NCBI GenBank assembly: GCA_963810095.1
Contig: CAWEMM010000008.1
Coordinates: forward strand, 1 to 64,000
Source of the DNA: an uncultured Chloroflexia bacterium
GTDB lineage: Bacteria > Chloroflexota > Anaerolineae > CG2-30-64-16
DNA: 64,000 nt
Direction of reading: 5' to 3'
The notes under the pieces: model-generated
Seen by the model: only the letters and a program-made list of their open reading frames with translations
What the model was told of the DNA's origin: nothing
The model's database searches: none
Translations under genes and position numbers: made by a program
In this document: in pieces, positions 38,826-49,619 of the stretch
Layout: each line of letters opens with the position of its first letter
Position numbering within the stretch: position 1 is the first letter of the stretch

Positions 38826-39416
38826 ATGCGAGTGCTGATTTCCATCGGCGCTTTCATCCTCGTGTTCCTGGTCGGCGTCAAGACGGAGTGGGTGTCGGTA
38901 TCCAACGCCGCGCTAACCGGGAGCGATGATCGCGCATACCAGGCCCTCGTGCTGGGACAGACGAGGCCCGACGCAACCAGTGGAGAGTTGATCGACGCCG
39001 CAGCAACTCGCGGCGAGATCAGCTCCGAGCAGGCGCTGCTATATGGCGTCTACCTGGCCTGCGACGACCCCCGGTTACCGGCCCGGTTCCGCGGCGCGGA
39101 CCCGACGCCGCCCGAAAAGAATATCCTGTGGGAAGCGGACGTCGATTGGGCGTCGCTCTCGCCGGATATCCAGCGGGCGCTGAGCGAAGTTCTTCGTCGC
39201 TGCCCCGGCTACTGCCCTGGCATGCAGCGACGACCTCGCCCGCCTTGCGTCAGACGCCACGGTATGGTGGGCGCCGGCGCTGGGCAGCGGGTTTGCGACA
39301 GTCGCAACGGCGCGGTGAGGCACGCGAGACAGCCCAGACCTCTCGGACTTACCCAAGCCCGAGAGGTCTGGGCTGCTCATTGCAGCGCAGTACCCTTTGC
39401 GGCTTCCGAACGTTAA
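38826..39416 (+). CDS. Hypothetical exported protein (possibly a fragment)
   Basis: N-terminal TM; LIDAAATRGEISSEQALLYGVYLACDDPRLPARFRG; C-terminal part looks out of frame. Confidence 0.45.
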   Translation: MRVLISIGAFILVFLVGVKTEWVSVSNAALTGSDDRAYQALVLGQTRPDATSGELIDAAATRGEISSEQALLYGVYLACDDPRLPARFRGADPTPPEKNILWEADVDWASLSPDIQRALSEVLRRCPGYCPGMQRRPRPPCVRRHGMVGAGAGQRVCDSRNGAVRHARQPRPLGLTQAREVWAAHCSAVPFAASER

Positions 39417-39658
39417 TTTGCACAGGAGGGGAGGTTAACGTATAATCGGGCTATCAGAGCCGTCTAGTCATTGACGGCGTTCTTTATTGTTCAGCCCCGC
39501 CCGCATCGAAACGCCACGGCCGTGCGCGACATTGTGTGAGACAAGTCGCTCTGCCGTCGGCGCTTTTTTATGGGCTTACTGCAGCCAGGGCCGTCAGACA
39601 GGCATGGGCAGGGGACTGAACGATCACACCCCAAGGGGATTTCGAGGCACTACCCGCG

Positions 39659-40132
39659 ATGGACGAACCCAACAGCAACTATCTGACCTCAGACGGGATC
39701 CAGAAGCTACGAGAAGAACTGGACTACCTGATCAACGTCCGCCGACCTGAGGTGGCGCGTCAGATTGCCGACGCGAAGGCCGACGGGGACGTGTCAGAGA
39801 ATGCGGGATACGACGAGGCCAAGAACACGCAGGCCTTCGTCGAAGGACGCATCCTGACGGTCCGTAGTATCCTCAGCAACGCCAAGGTCATCAACCAGAA
39901 TGGCCACAAGGACACGGTCGACGTCGGCTGCACGGTTACGATTCGCGATGCCAAGTACGGCGACGAGGAAACCTACATCATCGTCGGCTCGACCGAAGTG
40001 GATCCGGGCAACGGCCGCATTTCGCTCAAGTCGCCCATCGGCCACGCGTTGATGGGGCACCGTAAAGGCGAGATGGTCGAAGTGCAGACTCCGGGCGGCT
40101 CGGCCGAGTTCGAGATCGTCAAGATCGCATAG
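39659..40132 (+). CDS. greA: Transcription elongation factor GreA
   Basis: YLTSDGIQKLREELDYL, DGDVSENAGYDEAK, ISLKSPIGHALMG. Confidence 0.97.
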   Translation: MDEPNSNYLTSDGIQKLREELDYLINVRRPEVARQIADAKADGDVSENAGYDEAKNTQAFVEGRILTVRSILSNAKVINQNGHKDTVDVGCTVTIRDAKYGDEETYIIVGSTEVDPGNGRISLKSPIGHALMGHRKGEMVEVQTPGGSAEFEIVKIA

Positions 40133-40169
40133 ACTCGATCCCGGCAAGCTCAACCTGAAAGACCCAACC

Positions 40170-41664
40170 ATGCCAGATACCGACCTTGACCTCAACGACC
40201 AGCAGTTGGTGCGCCGTAACAAGCTGACCGAGCTGCGCGACCTGGGCATTGACCCCTACCCGCAGCGCCTGGCCCAGCCGCGCACGCACACCGCTGCCGA
40301 AGCCATCGCCGCGTACCACGCCGGGCAGCTTGCCGAAGGCCAGAACGTCACCCTGGTCGGCCGCATGGTGTCGGTCCGGGTCATGGGCAAGGCCGCGTTC
40401 GCGCACATCGAAGACGGCAGCGGGCGCGTCCAGATCTACCTGAAGCGTGACGTCCTTGGCGGAGCGCACGTACGACGAGTTCTTCAGAAAGCTCGTCGAC
40501 ATCGGCGACTTCATCGAAGTCACCGGGCCGATGTTCGCCACCCGGACGGGCGAAGTATCGTGCGAGGTCCGCGCGATCGCGCTCCTCTCCAAGACGCTCA
40601 ACCCGCTGCCCGACAAGTGGCATGGCCTGAAGGACGTCGAGACCCGCACCCGACAGCGCTATGTCGATTTGCTCGCCAACCCCGAGGTACGCGAGGTCTT
40701 CCGCACGCGTACCCGCCTGGTTGCCGCAGTGCGCCGCTACCTGGATTCGAACGGCTTCCTCGAAGTCGAGACGCCGATCCTCCAGCCGGTGTATGGCGGC
40801 GCAGCGGCCCGGCCGTTCACCACATTTCACAACCAGCTCGAGCAGGAGCTATTCCTGCGCATCAGCTTCGAGCTCTACCTGAAGCGGCTCATCGTGGGCG
40901 GCTTTGAGCGGGTGTACGAAATCGGCCGCGACTTTCGCAATGAGGGCATCAGCTTCAAGCACAACCCCGAGTTCACGCAGCTCGAGTTCTACGAAGCGTA
41001 CACCGATTACAACGGCATGATGCGCCGGACCGAGGAAATGGTGTGTGCGATCGGCGAAGCTCTAAATGGGGGGCTGAAGGTCACGTACGACGGGCAGGAG
41101 ATCGACCTGACCCCGCCTTGGCGGCGGATCACCATGTGCGACGCGATTCGCGACGCCACCGGAATTGACTACACGCAGTATCCCGACGCGCCCTCGCTCG
41201 CCGAAGCGATCAGGGCCCGAGGGCTGCGCTTTGAGCCGAAAGCCAGCCGGGGCAAGCTGATCGACGGCCTGTTTGGCGATTATGTCGAGGCCACCCTGAT
41301 CCAGCCGACCTTCATCACGGACTACCCGGTCGACATCAGCCCCCTGGCGAAGAAGCGGGCGGACGATCCGACGACGGTCGAACGGTTCGAGTATTTCATT
41401 GCCGGCATGGAATTGGGCAATGCGTTTACCGAGCTGAACGACCCGATCGACCAGCGCGCCCGGTTCGTCGAGCTGCACGCCGCGATGGCGGGCGAGGACG
41501 AGAACGTGCATCCGCTGGACGAGGACTTCCTGAACGCGCTGAGCTTCGGCATGCCGCCCACCGGCGGGTTCGGCACGGGCATCGACCGGCTCACCATGCT
41601 CTTCACCGACCGCCAGTCGATCCGAGAGGTCATCCTCTTCCCGCACCTCCGCTCCATCGACTGA
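40170..41664 (+). CDS. lysS: Lysine--tRNA ligase class II (frameshift near 40455, probably a sequencing error)
   Basis: RVMGKAAFAHIED, PLPDKWHGL, RQRYVDL, GGAAARPF, FRNEG, HNPEF, GMPPTGGFGTGIDRL. Confidence 0.97.
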
Positions 41665-41676
41665 AGCGAAGACCAG

Positions 41677-41762
41677 AACACAAAGACACAAGGGCACGAA
41701 GAGACCTGGTATCCGACAAGGACCAGGTCTTCGTTTTCTTGGTGCCTTTGTGCCTTTGTGTT
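41677..41762. repeat. REP-like 9-bp-periodic inverted repeat (CACAAAGAC family)
   Basis: acacaaagacacaagggcacgaag...cttggtgcctttgtgcctttgtgt. Confidence 0.7.
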
Positions 41763-41775
41763 TAGAATAGTCGCC

Positions 41776-43974
41776 ATGCATCCGCTCTATCTCGCCCTGG
41801 TCTGGCACATGCACCAGCCCTACTATCGCGATCTACACGATGGCGGGATCCCGCTGCCCTGGGTCCGGCTGCATGCCGCCAAAGACTATCTCCACATGGG
41901 CGAGGTGCTTGCCCGCCATCCCGGCGTCCACCTCACCATCAACATGGTGCCGTCGCTCGTCGAGCAGATGCTGGACTGGGCCAACGGTGGGCCCGAGGGC
42001 GTGGACGACCTGGCGCGCGTCGCCGAGCAGGAGACGTGGATCGACGCCGACCGCCGCTTCCTCCTCAACCTCTGTTTCAGCGTCAACTGGGACAAGATCA
42101 TCCGCCGCCACCCGCGCTATTCGGAGTTGCTCGACCGGCGGCCGGCCGCGCTTGCCGACCCAGCGGCCTTCACCGATGCCGACTACCGCGACCTGGTCAC
42201 CTGGTTCAACCTGGCCTGGATCGACCCGGGCTGGCGCGAGCGCGACCCGGTCCTGAGCGGGCTTGTCGCAAAAGGACGGGGGTTCACGGTCGAGGACGTG
42301 CGGGCCGTGCACGACAAGCAGCGGGCGATTGCAGCCGCCGTGCTGCCGTTGTACCGCAAGCTGGAGGCGGCCGGCCAGCTCGAGGTGATCTGCAGCCCGT
42401 ATTTCCATCCCATTCTCCCGCTGCTCCACGACAGCGACAGCGCGTGCCGGCCCAGCCCGGGCCTCCCCGTGCCCGAGCCGCCCTACCGTGCGCCCGAAGA
42501 CGTGGCGGCGCAGCTTGCGCTTGCGGTCGAGGCGCACACCCGGCATTTTGGCGCAGCCCCCCGGGGCCTATGGCCCTCCGAAGGCGCTGTCTCGCCCGAG
42601 GTGCTGCCCCTCATCCGGGCGGCCGGCTTCACCTGGCTGGCCAGCGACGAAGCCATTTTGGCACGCAGCCTGGGCCGGAACGTCGATCGGGACGCGGGCA
42701 ACCTGCTGACCGATCCGCGGATGTTGTACCAGCCCTACCGGGTGCTGGCCGGCAGCGAGCTGGGGCCCTACGTCATATTCCGCGATCACGAGCTGTCCGA
42801 CCGGATCGGGTTCCTGTATCAGCATCTGCCGGGCGCGCAAGCTGCGGAAGACATGACCTACCGCCTGCTCGAAATCCGCCGCCGCATCGACGATCCGGCC
42901 TCGCCTTATCTCGTCAGCGTCATCCTCGATGGGGAGAACTGCTGGGAACACTACGAGGCGAACGGCGACGTCTTCCTCGACGCTTTCTACGGCGAACTCG
43001 AGCGGCGCACGGAGCTCAGCGCGGTCACGGTCGGCGAATACATCCAGGGCCGGCGGCCTGCCGCCACACTGGCCCGGCTGGCAACCGGATCGTGGATTCT
43101 GGGCGACCTGACGACGTGGATCGGCGACCCGGAACACAACCGGGCTTGGGACGCGCTGCGCCGTGCGCGCGAGTACCTGGTGGGCCGGGAGAAACCTGGT
43201 TTCTCGTCGGGGGCGTGGCGGGCATTGTATGCGGCCGAGGGCAGCGACTGGTTCTGGTGGTACTCGCACCGCAATAGCTCGGACCAGGACGCCTTGTTCG
43301 ACCGGCTGTTTCGCCACAACGTCGGGGCCATCTACACCGCCCTGGGCGACGAGCCCCCCGTCTGGCTCGCCGAACCGATCTACCAGGCCAGTCTCGCGGC
43401 CGACCACCGGCCGGCGACCGGGTACGTGGCGCCCAAGCTCACTGCTCCGCCACATCCCGGGGAGGCATGGGCGCCCGCCGCCAGCCTGCGTCCAGCCGGG
43501 GCTTCCTCCGGAACCATGCAGCGGGCGTCTGGCCTCATCGAGCGCTGCTTTGTGGGCCACGACCCGACCCGGATCTACCTAAGACTCGATCTGCGCCAGC
43601 CGCTGGACCGGTTCGACACCTTGATCTACCTCAGCGGCCCGGCAACCGCGACGGCCAATCAGCGCGTCGACGCGACCTTCCCCGATCCGGACATGGTCCC
43701 GCGCGAGTTCGCAGCCGCCTGGCAGATCCGCCGCGACGCGGGCCAAAGCTCGCCCTTCCTTTTCGAGGCGCTGGGTCAGGGTGCGTGGCGCGCAGTGGGC
43801 CCGGCAAACGCCGCGGCGGGCGAAAAGGTGCTGGAAATCGAGCTGCCTCTCGCCGTCCTGGGCCTGCACCTGGGCGAAGATGTCAGCGTCTTCGTCGTGC
43901 TGGCGGCGGGCGGCCAGGTGGTCGCCTCGCTGCCCGAACGAAACGCTGCGATCATCCCTCTGCGCACGTTCTGA
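41776..43974 (+). CDS. Glycoside hydrolase family 57 (amylopullulanase-like)
   Basis: WHMHQPYY, PWVRLHAAKDY, HPILPLL, WPSEGAVS, LDGENCWE, AEGSDWFWW. Confidence 0.95.
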   Translation: MHPLYLALVWHMHQPYYRDLHDGGIPLPWVRLHAAKDYLHMGEVLARHPGVHLTINMVPSLVEQMLDWANGGPEGVDDLARVAEQETWIDADRRFLLNLCFSVNWDKIIRRHPRYSELLDRRPAALADPAAFTDADYRDLVTWFNLAWIDPGWRERDPVLSGLVAKGRGFTVEDVRAVHDKQRAIAAAVLPLYRKLEAAGQLEVICSPYFHPILPLLHDSDSACRPSPGLPVPEPPYRAPEDVAAQLALAVEAHTRHFGAAPRGLWPSEGAVSPEVLPLIRAAGFTWLASDEAILARSLGRNVDRDAGNLLTDPRMLYQPYRVLAGSELGPYVIFRDHELSDRIGFLYQHLPGAQAAEDMTYRLLEIRRRIDDPASPYLVSVILDGENCWEHYEANGDVFLDAFYGELERRTELSAVTVGEYIQGRRPAATLARLATGSWILGDLTTWIGDPEHNRAWDALRRAREYLVGREKPGFSSGAWRALYAAEGSDWFWWYSHRNSSDQDALFDRLFRHNVGAIYTALGDEPPVWLAEPIYQASLAADHRPATGYVAPKLTAPPHPGEAWAPAASLRPAGASSGTMQRASGLIERCFVGHDPTRIYLRLDLRQPLDRFDTLIYLSGPATATANQRVDATFPDPDMVPREFAAAWQIRRDAGQSSPFLFEALGQGAWRAVGPANAAAGEKVLEIELPLAVLGLHLGEDVSVFVVLAAGGQVVASLPERNAAIIPLRTF

Positions 43975-44138
43975 ACGCCCCTCCCCGTTTGTGTTCCTCA
44001 AGACAGAACCCGCCGGACCCTCCGTGTATGCTTCCCGAGTGAATGATATTTGTCGAGACACAGAAGAAGGTCATTCACAAATGCGATACTCACATATTCA
44101 CTAACGAAGTTCGTCACGATCGGGGAGCGAGAAGAAGA

Positions 44139-46015
44139 ATGCAGTACGGGGCAGAGACCGGCCGGCCGCTCGGCGCGACGTTAATCGACGGCGGGTGCCG
44201 GTTCAGGGTGTGGGCGCCCGCCGCGACCTCGGTCGAAGTCCACGTCGTAGGCTCCGAGGAACGTCTTGTGCCGCTGGTGCGCGGCGCAGGGGGCTACTGG
44301 CAGGCGGATGTGCCGGGGTGCGCTGCGGGGACGCGCTACTTCTACCGGCTGGACGGCTCGACCGACCGCCCCGACCCGGCGTCTCGCTACCAGCCCGACG
44401 GCGTTCACGCGGCCTCCGAAGTCGTCGACCCGGCATTTCGGTGGACCGACGAAGCATGGTGCGGCCTCCCGCTTCAGAAGTACATCATTTACGAGCTTCA
44501 TGCCGGCGCCTTCACGCAAAGCGGCACCTTTGACGGGGTGATCGAGAGGCTGCCATACCTGGCCGACCTCGGCGTGACGGCGCTCGAGATCATGCCCGTC
44601 GCGCAGTTTCCCGGCACCCGCAATTGGGGTTACGACGGCGTGTTCCCCTTTGCCGTTCAGAATTCCTACGGCGGACCCGCGGGCCTGCAGCGCCTCGTCG
44701 ACGCGGCGCACGGCGCAGGACTCGCCGTCATCCTGGATGTCGTCTACAACCACCTGGGGCCCGAAGGCAACTACCTGGCCGACTTCGGCCCCTACTTCAC
44801 CGAGCGGTACAAGAGCGCGTGGGGCGCAGCGATGAATTTCGACGGCCCCGGCAGCGACGATGTGCGGCGTTACTTCGTGGAAAACGCGTTGGTTTGGCTG
44901 CGCGACTTCCACATCGACGCGCTGCGGCTGGACGCTGTGCACGCCATACTGGATTTCTCGGCCGAGACCTTCCTCGAGGAGTTAGCCGCAGCGGTCGAGC
45001 GCGAGGCGGTGGCCCTCGGCCGACCGGCGTACCTGATCGCCGAAAGCGACCTGAACGACCCCCGGATTGTCCGCACGCCCGAGGAGCATGGCTTCGGGCT
45101 CGACGCGCTGTGGGCCGACGATCTACACCATGCGCTCCACGTGCTCCTGACGGGCGAACGGCAGGGCTACTACGAAGACTTCGCCGGCGCCGGCGCACTG
45201 CCCGCTCCGCTCGACTACCTGGCGCTGGCCCTGCGCGACGGGGTCGCCTACAGCGGGCAGTACGCACCGGGGCGTGGGCGGCGTCATGGCAACTCGTTTG
45301 CCGGCATCCCCGCGCACCGCTTTGTCGTCTGCACCCAGAACCACGACCAGGTGGGGAACCGCATGCTGGGCGAGCGCCTCTCGACGCTGCTCTCGCCGCA
45401 GGCCCTCCAGTTAGCGGCCGCCGTGCTGCTGCTCTCCCCCTACCTGCCCCTCCTCTTTATGGGCGAAGAGTACGGCGAGACCAACCCCTTTCTCTACTTC
45501 GTCGACCATACGGACGAAGCACTTGTCGAGGCCGTGCAGAAGGGCCGTGGGGAAGAGTTCGCAGCGTTCATGGCCGGATCCGGGCAGCCGGGGCCCGCAG
45601 GCGGCCCGCCAGATCCGGCGAGCGAAGCCACGTTCGAGCAGTCGAGGCTGAACTGGGAGCGGGCGGACGAAGGCTGGCACACGGACCTGCACCGGCTCTA
45701 CAAGGAGCTGATCGCGCTGCGTAAAGGGGTCCCGGCGCTCAGGCACCTCAGCAAGGCGCATCTCGAGGTGGGGGCATTCGACGACGAGCGTGTCCTCGCC
45801 CTGCACCGGTGGCTCGGAGAGAGCCGGGCGCTGGCACTCTTCAACTTCGCCACCGCGCCCCAACGCGTGGCAGTGTCCCTGCCGGCCGGCCGCTGGGCCC
45901 GGGCTGCCGGCTCCGACCCCGCCCTGCCCCCGCGTTCGTGGTCGACGGTGCACCGGCGGCCCTCACCCTCGCGGGCCAGAGCTTCGCGCTCTACCTGCAG
46001 GAGGTGGTGGAGTGA
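44139..46015 (+). CDS. treZ: Malto-oligosyltrehalose trehalohydrolase (frameshift near 45935)
   Basis: FRVWAP, RPDPASRYQPDGVH, RNWGYDGV, YNHLGPEGNY, LRLDAVHAI, QNHDQVGNR, LFMGEEYGE. Confidence 0.95.
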
Positions 46016-49000
46016 CGTCGGGCGCCCGGCCAAATGCTCCCGCCGCCGGCACCCCGGCGACCTTCCAGCGCCTGCTCGCGCAGGTGCTCGGGCAGCGCCG
46101 TCCGCCCTCGGCAACCTACCGCATGCAGTTCAACGCGGACTTCACGTTGGACCACGCGGTGGCGCTCGTTCCCTATCTCCACGATCTCGGCATCAGCGAC
46201 CTCTATGCGTCGCCCCTGTTCGCCGCTCGAGCCGGCAGCACGCACGGGTACGACGTGTGCGATCCGACACGGATCAGCATCGCCGTCGGGGGCGAGGAGG
46301 CACTGGACCGGCTGGCCCGGGTGCTGGGCGAACACGGGATGGGCCTGGTGCTCGACATTGTGCCCAACCACATGGGGATCAATGACCCCTGCAACACCTG
46401 GTGGCTCGACGTGTTGGAAAACGGGCCGAGTTCCCTGTACGCGCCGTTCTTCGACGTGGCCTGGGAGCCCTCGAAGCCCGAACTGAAGGACCGCGTCCTG
46501 CTCCCGGTGCTCGAGGATCAGTACGGCGCGGTGCTCGAAGCGGGAAAGCTGAAATTGGCTTTTGCGGAGGGCGGCTTCCGAATTGAGTATTATGACAACC
46601 GCTTCCCGGTGGCGCCGGGCACCTATGCGCCGGTTCTGCAAGAGTGGTTGGTCCAGCTGCGAGCGGCCGGCGATGGCGACGCCGGCGGCCGGGACGAAGC
46701 CGCGCTGGAGCTGGAGAGCATCATCACCGCAGTCGGGTATCTGCCGGGCCGGAACGAACGCGACGAAGAACGGAAGCTGGAACGCGCCCGCGAGAAGGAA
46801 AGCATCAAGCGCCGGCTGGCAGCCGTCTGGCAGTCAAGCCCGGCCGCCTTCGGCTCCCTCCAGCGGGCCCTGACCTACTTCAACGGCGACCCGCACGACC
46901 CCCAGAGCTTCGATCCGCTGGACGCGCTGCTCGAAAAGCAGCCTTACCGGCTCGCCTACTGGCGGGTGGCCGGCGAAGAGATCAACTACCGCCGCTTCTT
47001 TGACATCCGCGACCTGGCCGCGATCCGGGTCGAAGACCCCCGGGTGTTCGAGGCGACGCACGGGCTGGCGCTGCGCCTGCTGGCCGAGCGCAAGGTGACG
47101 GGGTTGCGCATCGATCACCCGGATGGCCTGTACGATCCGAGGGCGTACTTCCGCCGGCTGCAGCTGGAATACCTGCTCACGGCGCTGGGCCAGGACGGCG
47201 GCGATGGTGAAGCAGCGGCCCGCACGGCCGCAGAAGCCTGGCTCGATGCCGCGCTCGACGCCGCAGGTGAGGGCCGGCAGCAGGACTGGCCCCTGTACGT
47301 GGTGGCGGAGAAGATCCTGTCAGACACGGAGCCGCTGCCGCTCGACTGGGCCGTGGCGGGCACGACGGGCTACGATTTCCTCGCATCGGTCAACGCAGTG
47401 CTCGTGGATCCTGCGGCCGAGGACAGCTTCACGCGAATATATGCCGATTTCGCGACCCCGGCCGGGGCTGGCGCAGGGGCGGATTTCGAGGCGCTGACCG
47501 TGCAAACGCAGCGCCTGATCATGCGCGAGGCACTGGCCAGCGAGATCAACGAACTGAGCCACAGTCTCGAGCGGGTCGCGGAGCGGAACCGGCACACCCG
47601 CGACTTCACGCTCAACAACTTGCGTGACGCCATCCGCAGCCTCGTCGCCTCGCTCGGCGTGTACCGCACGTATATCGACCCCGAGACCAGGACGGTTTCG
47701 GAGCGTGACCGGCACTACGTCGTCGAGGCGGTCCAGCGGGCCGGGGCGCTCTCGCCACACATCGACCCGTCCGTGTTCCGATTTCTGCAAGAGACGCTGT
47801 TGTTGCAGAACCACGAACAGTTTCATGCGGAGGACCGGCTTGCTCTCGGCACCTGGGTCATGAAGTTCCAGCAGATGACCGGACCGGTGATGGCCAAAGG
47901 GGTCGAAGACACGGCCTTCTACCGCTACAACCGGCTGGTTTCGCTGAATGAAGTGGGCGGACACCCGTCGCTCTTTGGCATTGACCCCGGCCAGTTTCAC
48001 CGGGACAACGAGCGCCGGGCACGCCTGTGGCCCCACAGCATGCTGGCAACCTCGACGCACGACAACAAGCGCAGCGAAGATGTCCGCGCGAGGATCGACG
48101 TCTTGAGTGAAATGCCGGGCGAATGGGGCCAGCGCCTGCTGGAGTGGTCCAGCCTCAACGTCGGGCAGAAGGCGCGTGGCGGGGGGGCCGGCGAGCTGCT
48201 CTTGCCCGACCGCAACGACGAGTACCTGCTCTACCAGACGCTCCTCGGCGCGTGGCCGTTTGCCCAAGAGCCAGAACCCGGTTCGCCGTGGGGTCCGCTG
48301 CTGCCGCCCGGCGACAGCAGCGAGTACAGTGCGTTCGCCGCACGCATCGCCCAGTACATGAACAAGGCCGTCAAGGAAGCCAAGGTCCACGGCAGCTGGA
48401 TCAACCCGGACGAGGCGTACGATCGTGGCGCTCCACAGTTTCACCGCTGCACTGCTTGCGCCCGGCCCGGAGAACCGCTTTCTCCAGGCATTTGCGCCCT
48501 TTGCGGCCCGCATCGCGACCCTCGGGCAGGTCAACTCGCTCGCCCAGGTCGCGCTCAAGCTGACGTCGCCGGGCGTGCCCGACACTTACCAGGGCAGCGA
48601 GCTGTGGGACTTCAGCCTGGTCGATCCCGACAACCGGCGGCCGGTGGATTACGAGCGGCGCCGGGAGCTGCTGGCGGGGCTGCCCACGGCGGGGCCGGTC
48701 GGCGACGGGTTCCTGGCCGGGCTGCTCAGCGCGAGCCACAACGGCCGGATCAAGCTGTTCGTCACCGCCCGGCTGCTGGCGCTGCGCCGGGCCGAGCCGG
48801 GCCTGTTCGACGCCTCCGACTACGTGCCGCTCGAGGTGACGGGCAGCGGGGCGGAGCACGTCGTCGCTTTCGCCCGGCGCAGCGGCGGGAAGACGCTGCT
48901 CGTGATCGTGCCCCGGCTGGCGGCGGCGCTGGCGAATGCGGACGGCTGGCCGCTGGGGCCCGCTGCCTGGGGCGACACGGCCGTCATGTTGCCCAATGGG

Positions 49001-49120
49001 CTGCCCATGGACGGGCCGGTCGACGCGCTGACAGGGCGCCCCCTCCGACTCGACGGAGGCCACCTGCCCGTTGGCGAGGCGCTCCGGTCGCTGCCCCTGG
49101 CCGTGCTGGTGGGAGGATAG
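46012..49120 (+). CDS. treY: Malto-oligosyltrehalose synthase (frameshift near 48425)
   Basis: ATYRMQFN, GSTHGYDV, DIVPNHM, INYRRFFDI, LRIDHPDGL, AKGVEDTAFY, STHDNKRSED, PGVPDTYQG, LVDPDNRRPVD. Confidence 0.96.
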
Positions 49121-49143
49121 CGGGAGCGCCGTCGCCCGAGAAA

Positions 49144-49330
49144 ATCCTGAGCGGAGGGCGGTCCGCAGGAGCGCACGCTCGAAGGATGCCGCGCTCTTCA
49201 CAGCGACTGCTTGCGCTCAGATGCGCCAGACGTGGCGACTGCGGCACCCAGCTAAGCTGGCGCTCCGCTCAGGATGCCTGCGCTTGAAGCATCCTTCGAC
49301 TGCAGGCGGTCCGCAGGAGCGCACACCTTC
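49144..49330. repeat. REP-like palindromic element cluster (ATCCTGAGCGGA family)
   Basis: atcctgagcggagggcggtccgcaggagcgcacgctcgaaggatgc...tccgctcaggatgc...gcatccttcga; similar to 11766-11858. Confidence 0.6.
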
Positions 49331-49619
49331 CGGTTGGGGGGCGAGGCACCCGAGGGGTGCCTCGCCCCTACACGACCGGGTTGCGTTCTTGGGTGCGAAT
49401 GCAAGCGCATTTGAGGGTGGCCTGGACGAACGCGCCCTGCCCGTGCTTCGCTCCCACGAGGTTGGGGGCAAACAGTCAAAACCGCCAACATTCTAGGCCC
49501 GTGCCCGTAACCTTCTGAAATCTTGTGCGTTTAGATACACAACGCTCACCGCCACCTGATGCCCTTGTCCCAGGTAGTCCCTCGAAGGTGCATCAGGCCC
49601 AACGCATGAGGAGAACCAG

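Noticed and set aside
40170-41664. Frameshifts in lysS, treZ, treY, GH3, M20, LysR, TauE and the cohesin genes as pseudogenes or programmed frameshifting
   Set aside because: They are scattered, hit an essential gene, lack slippery sites and leave motifs intact on both sides; most consistent with long-read indel errors
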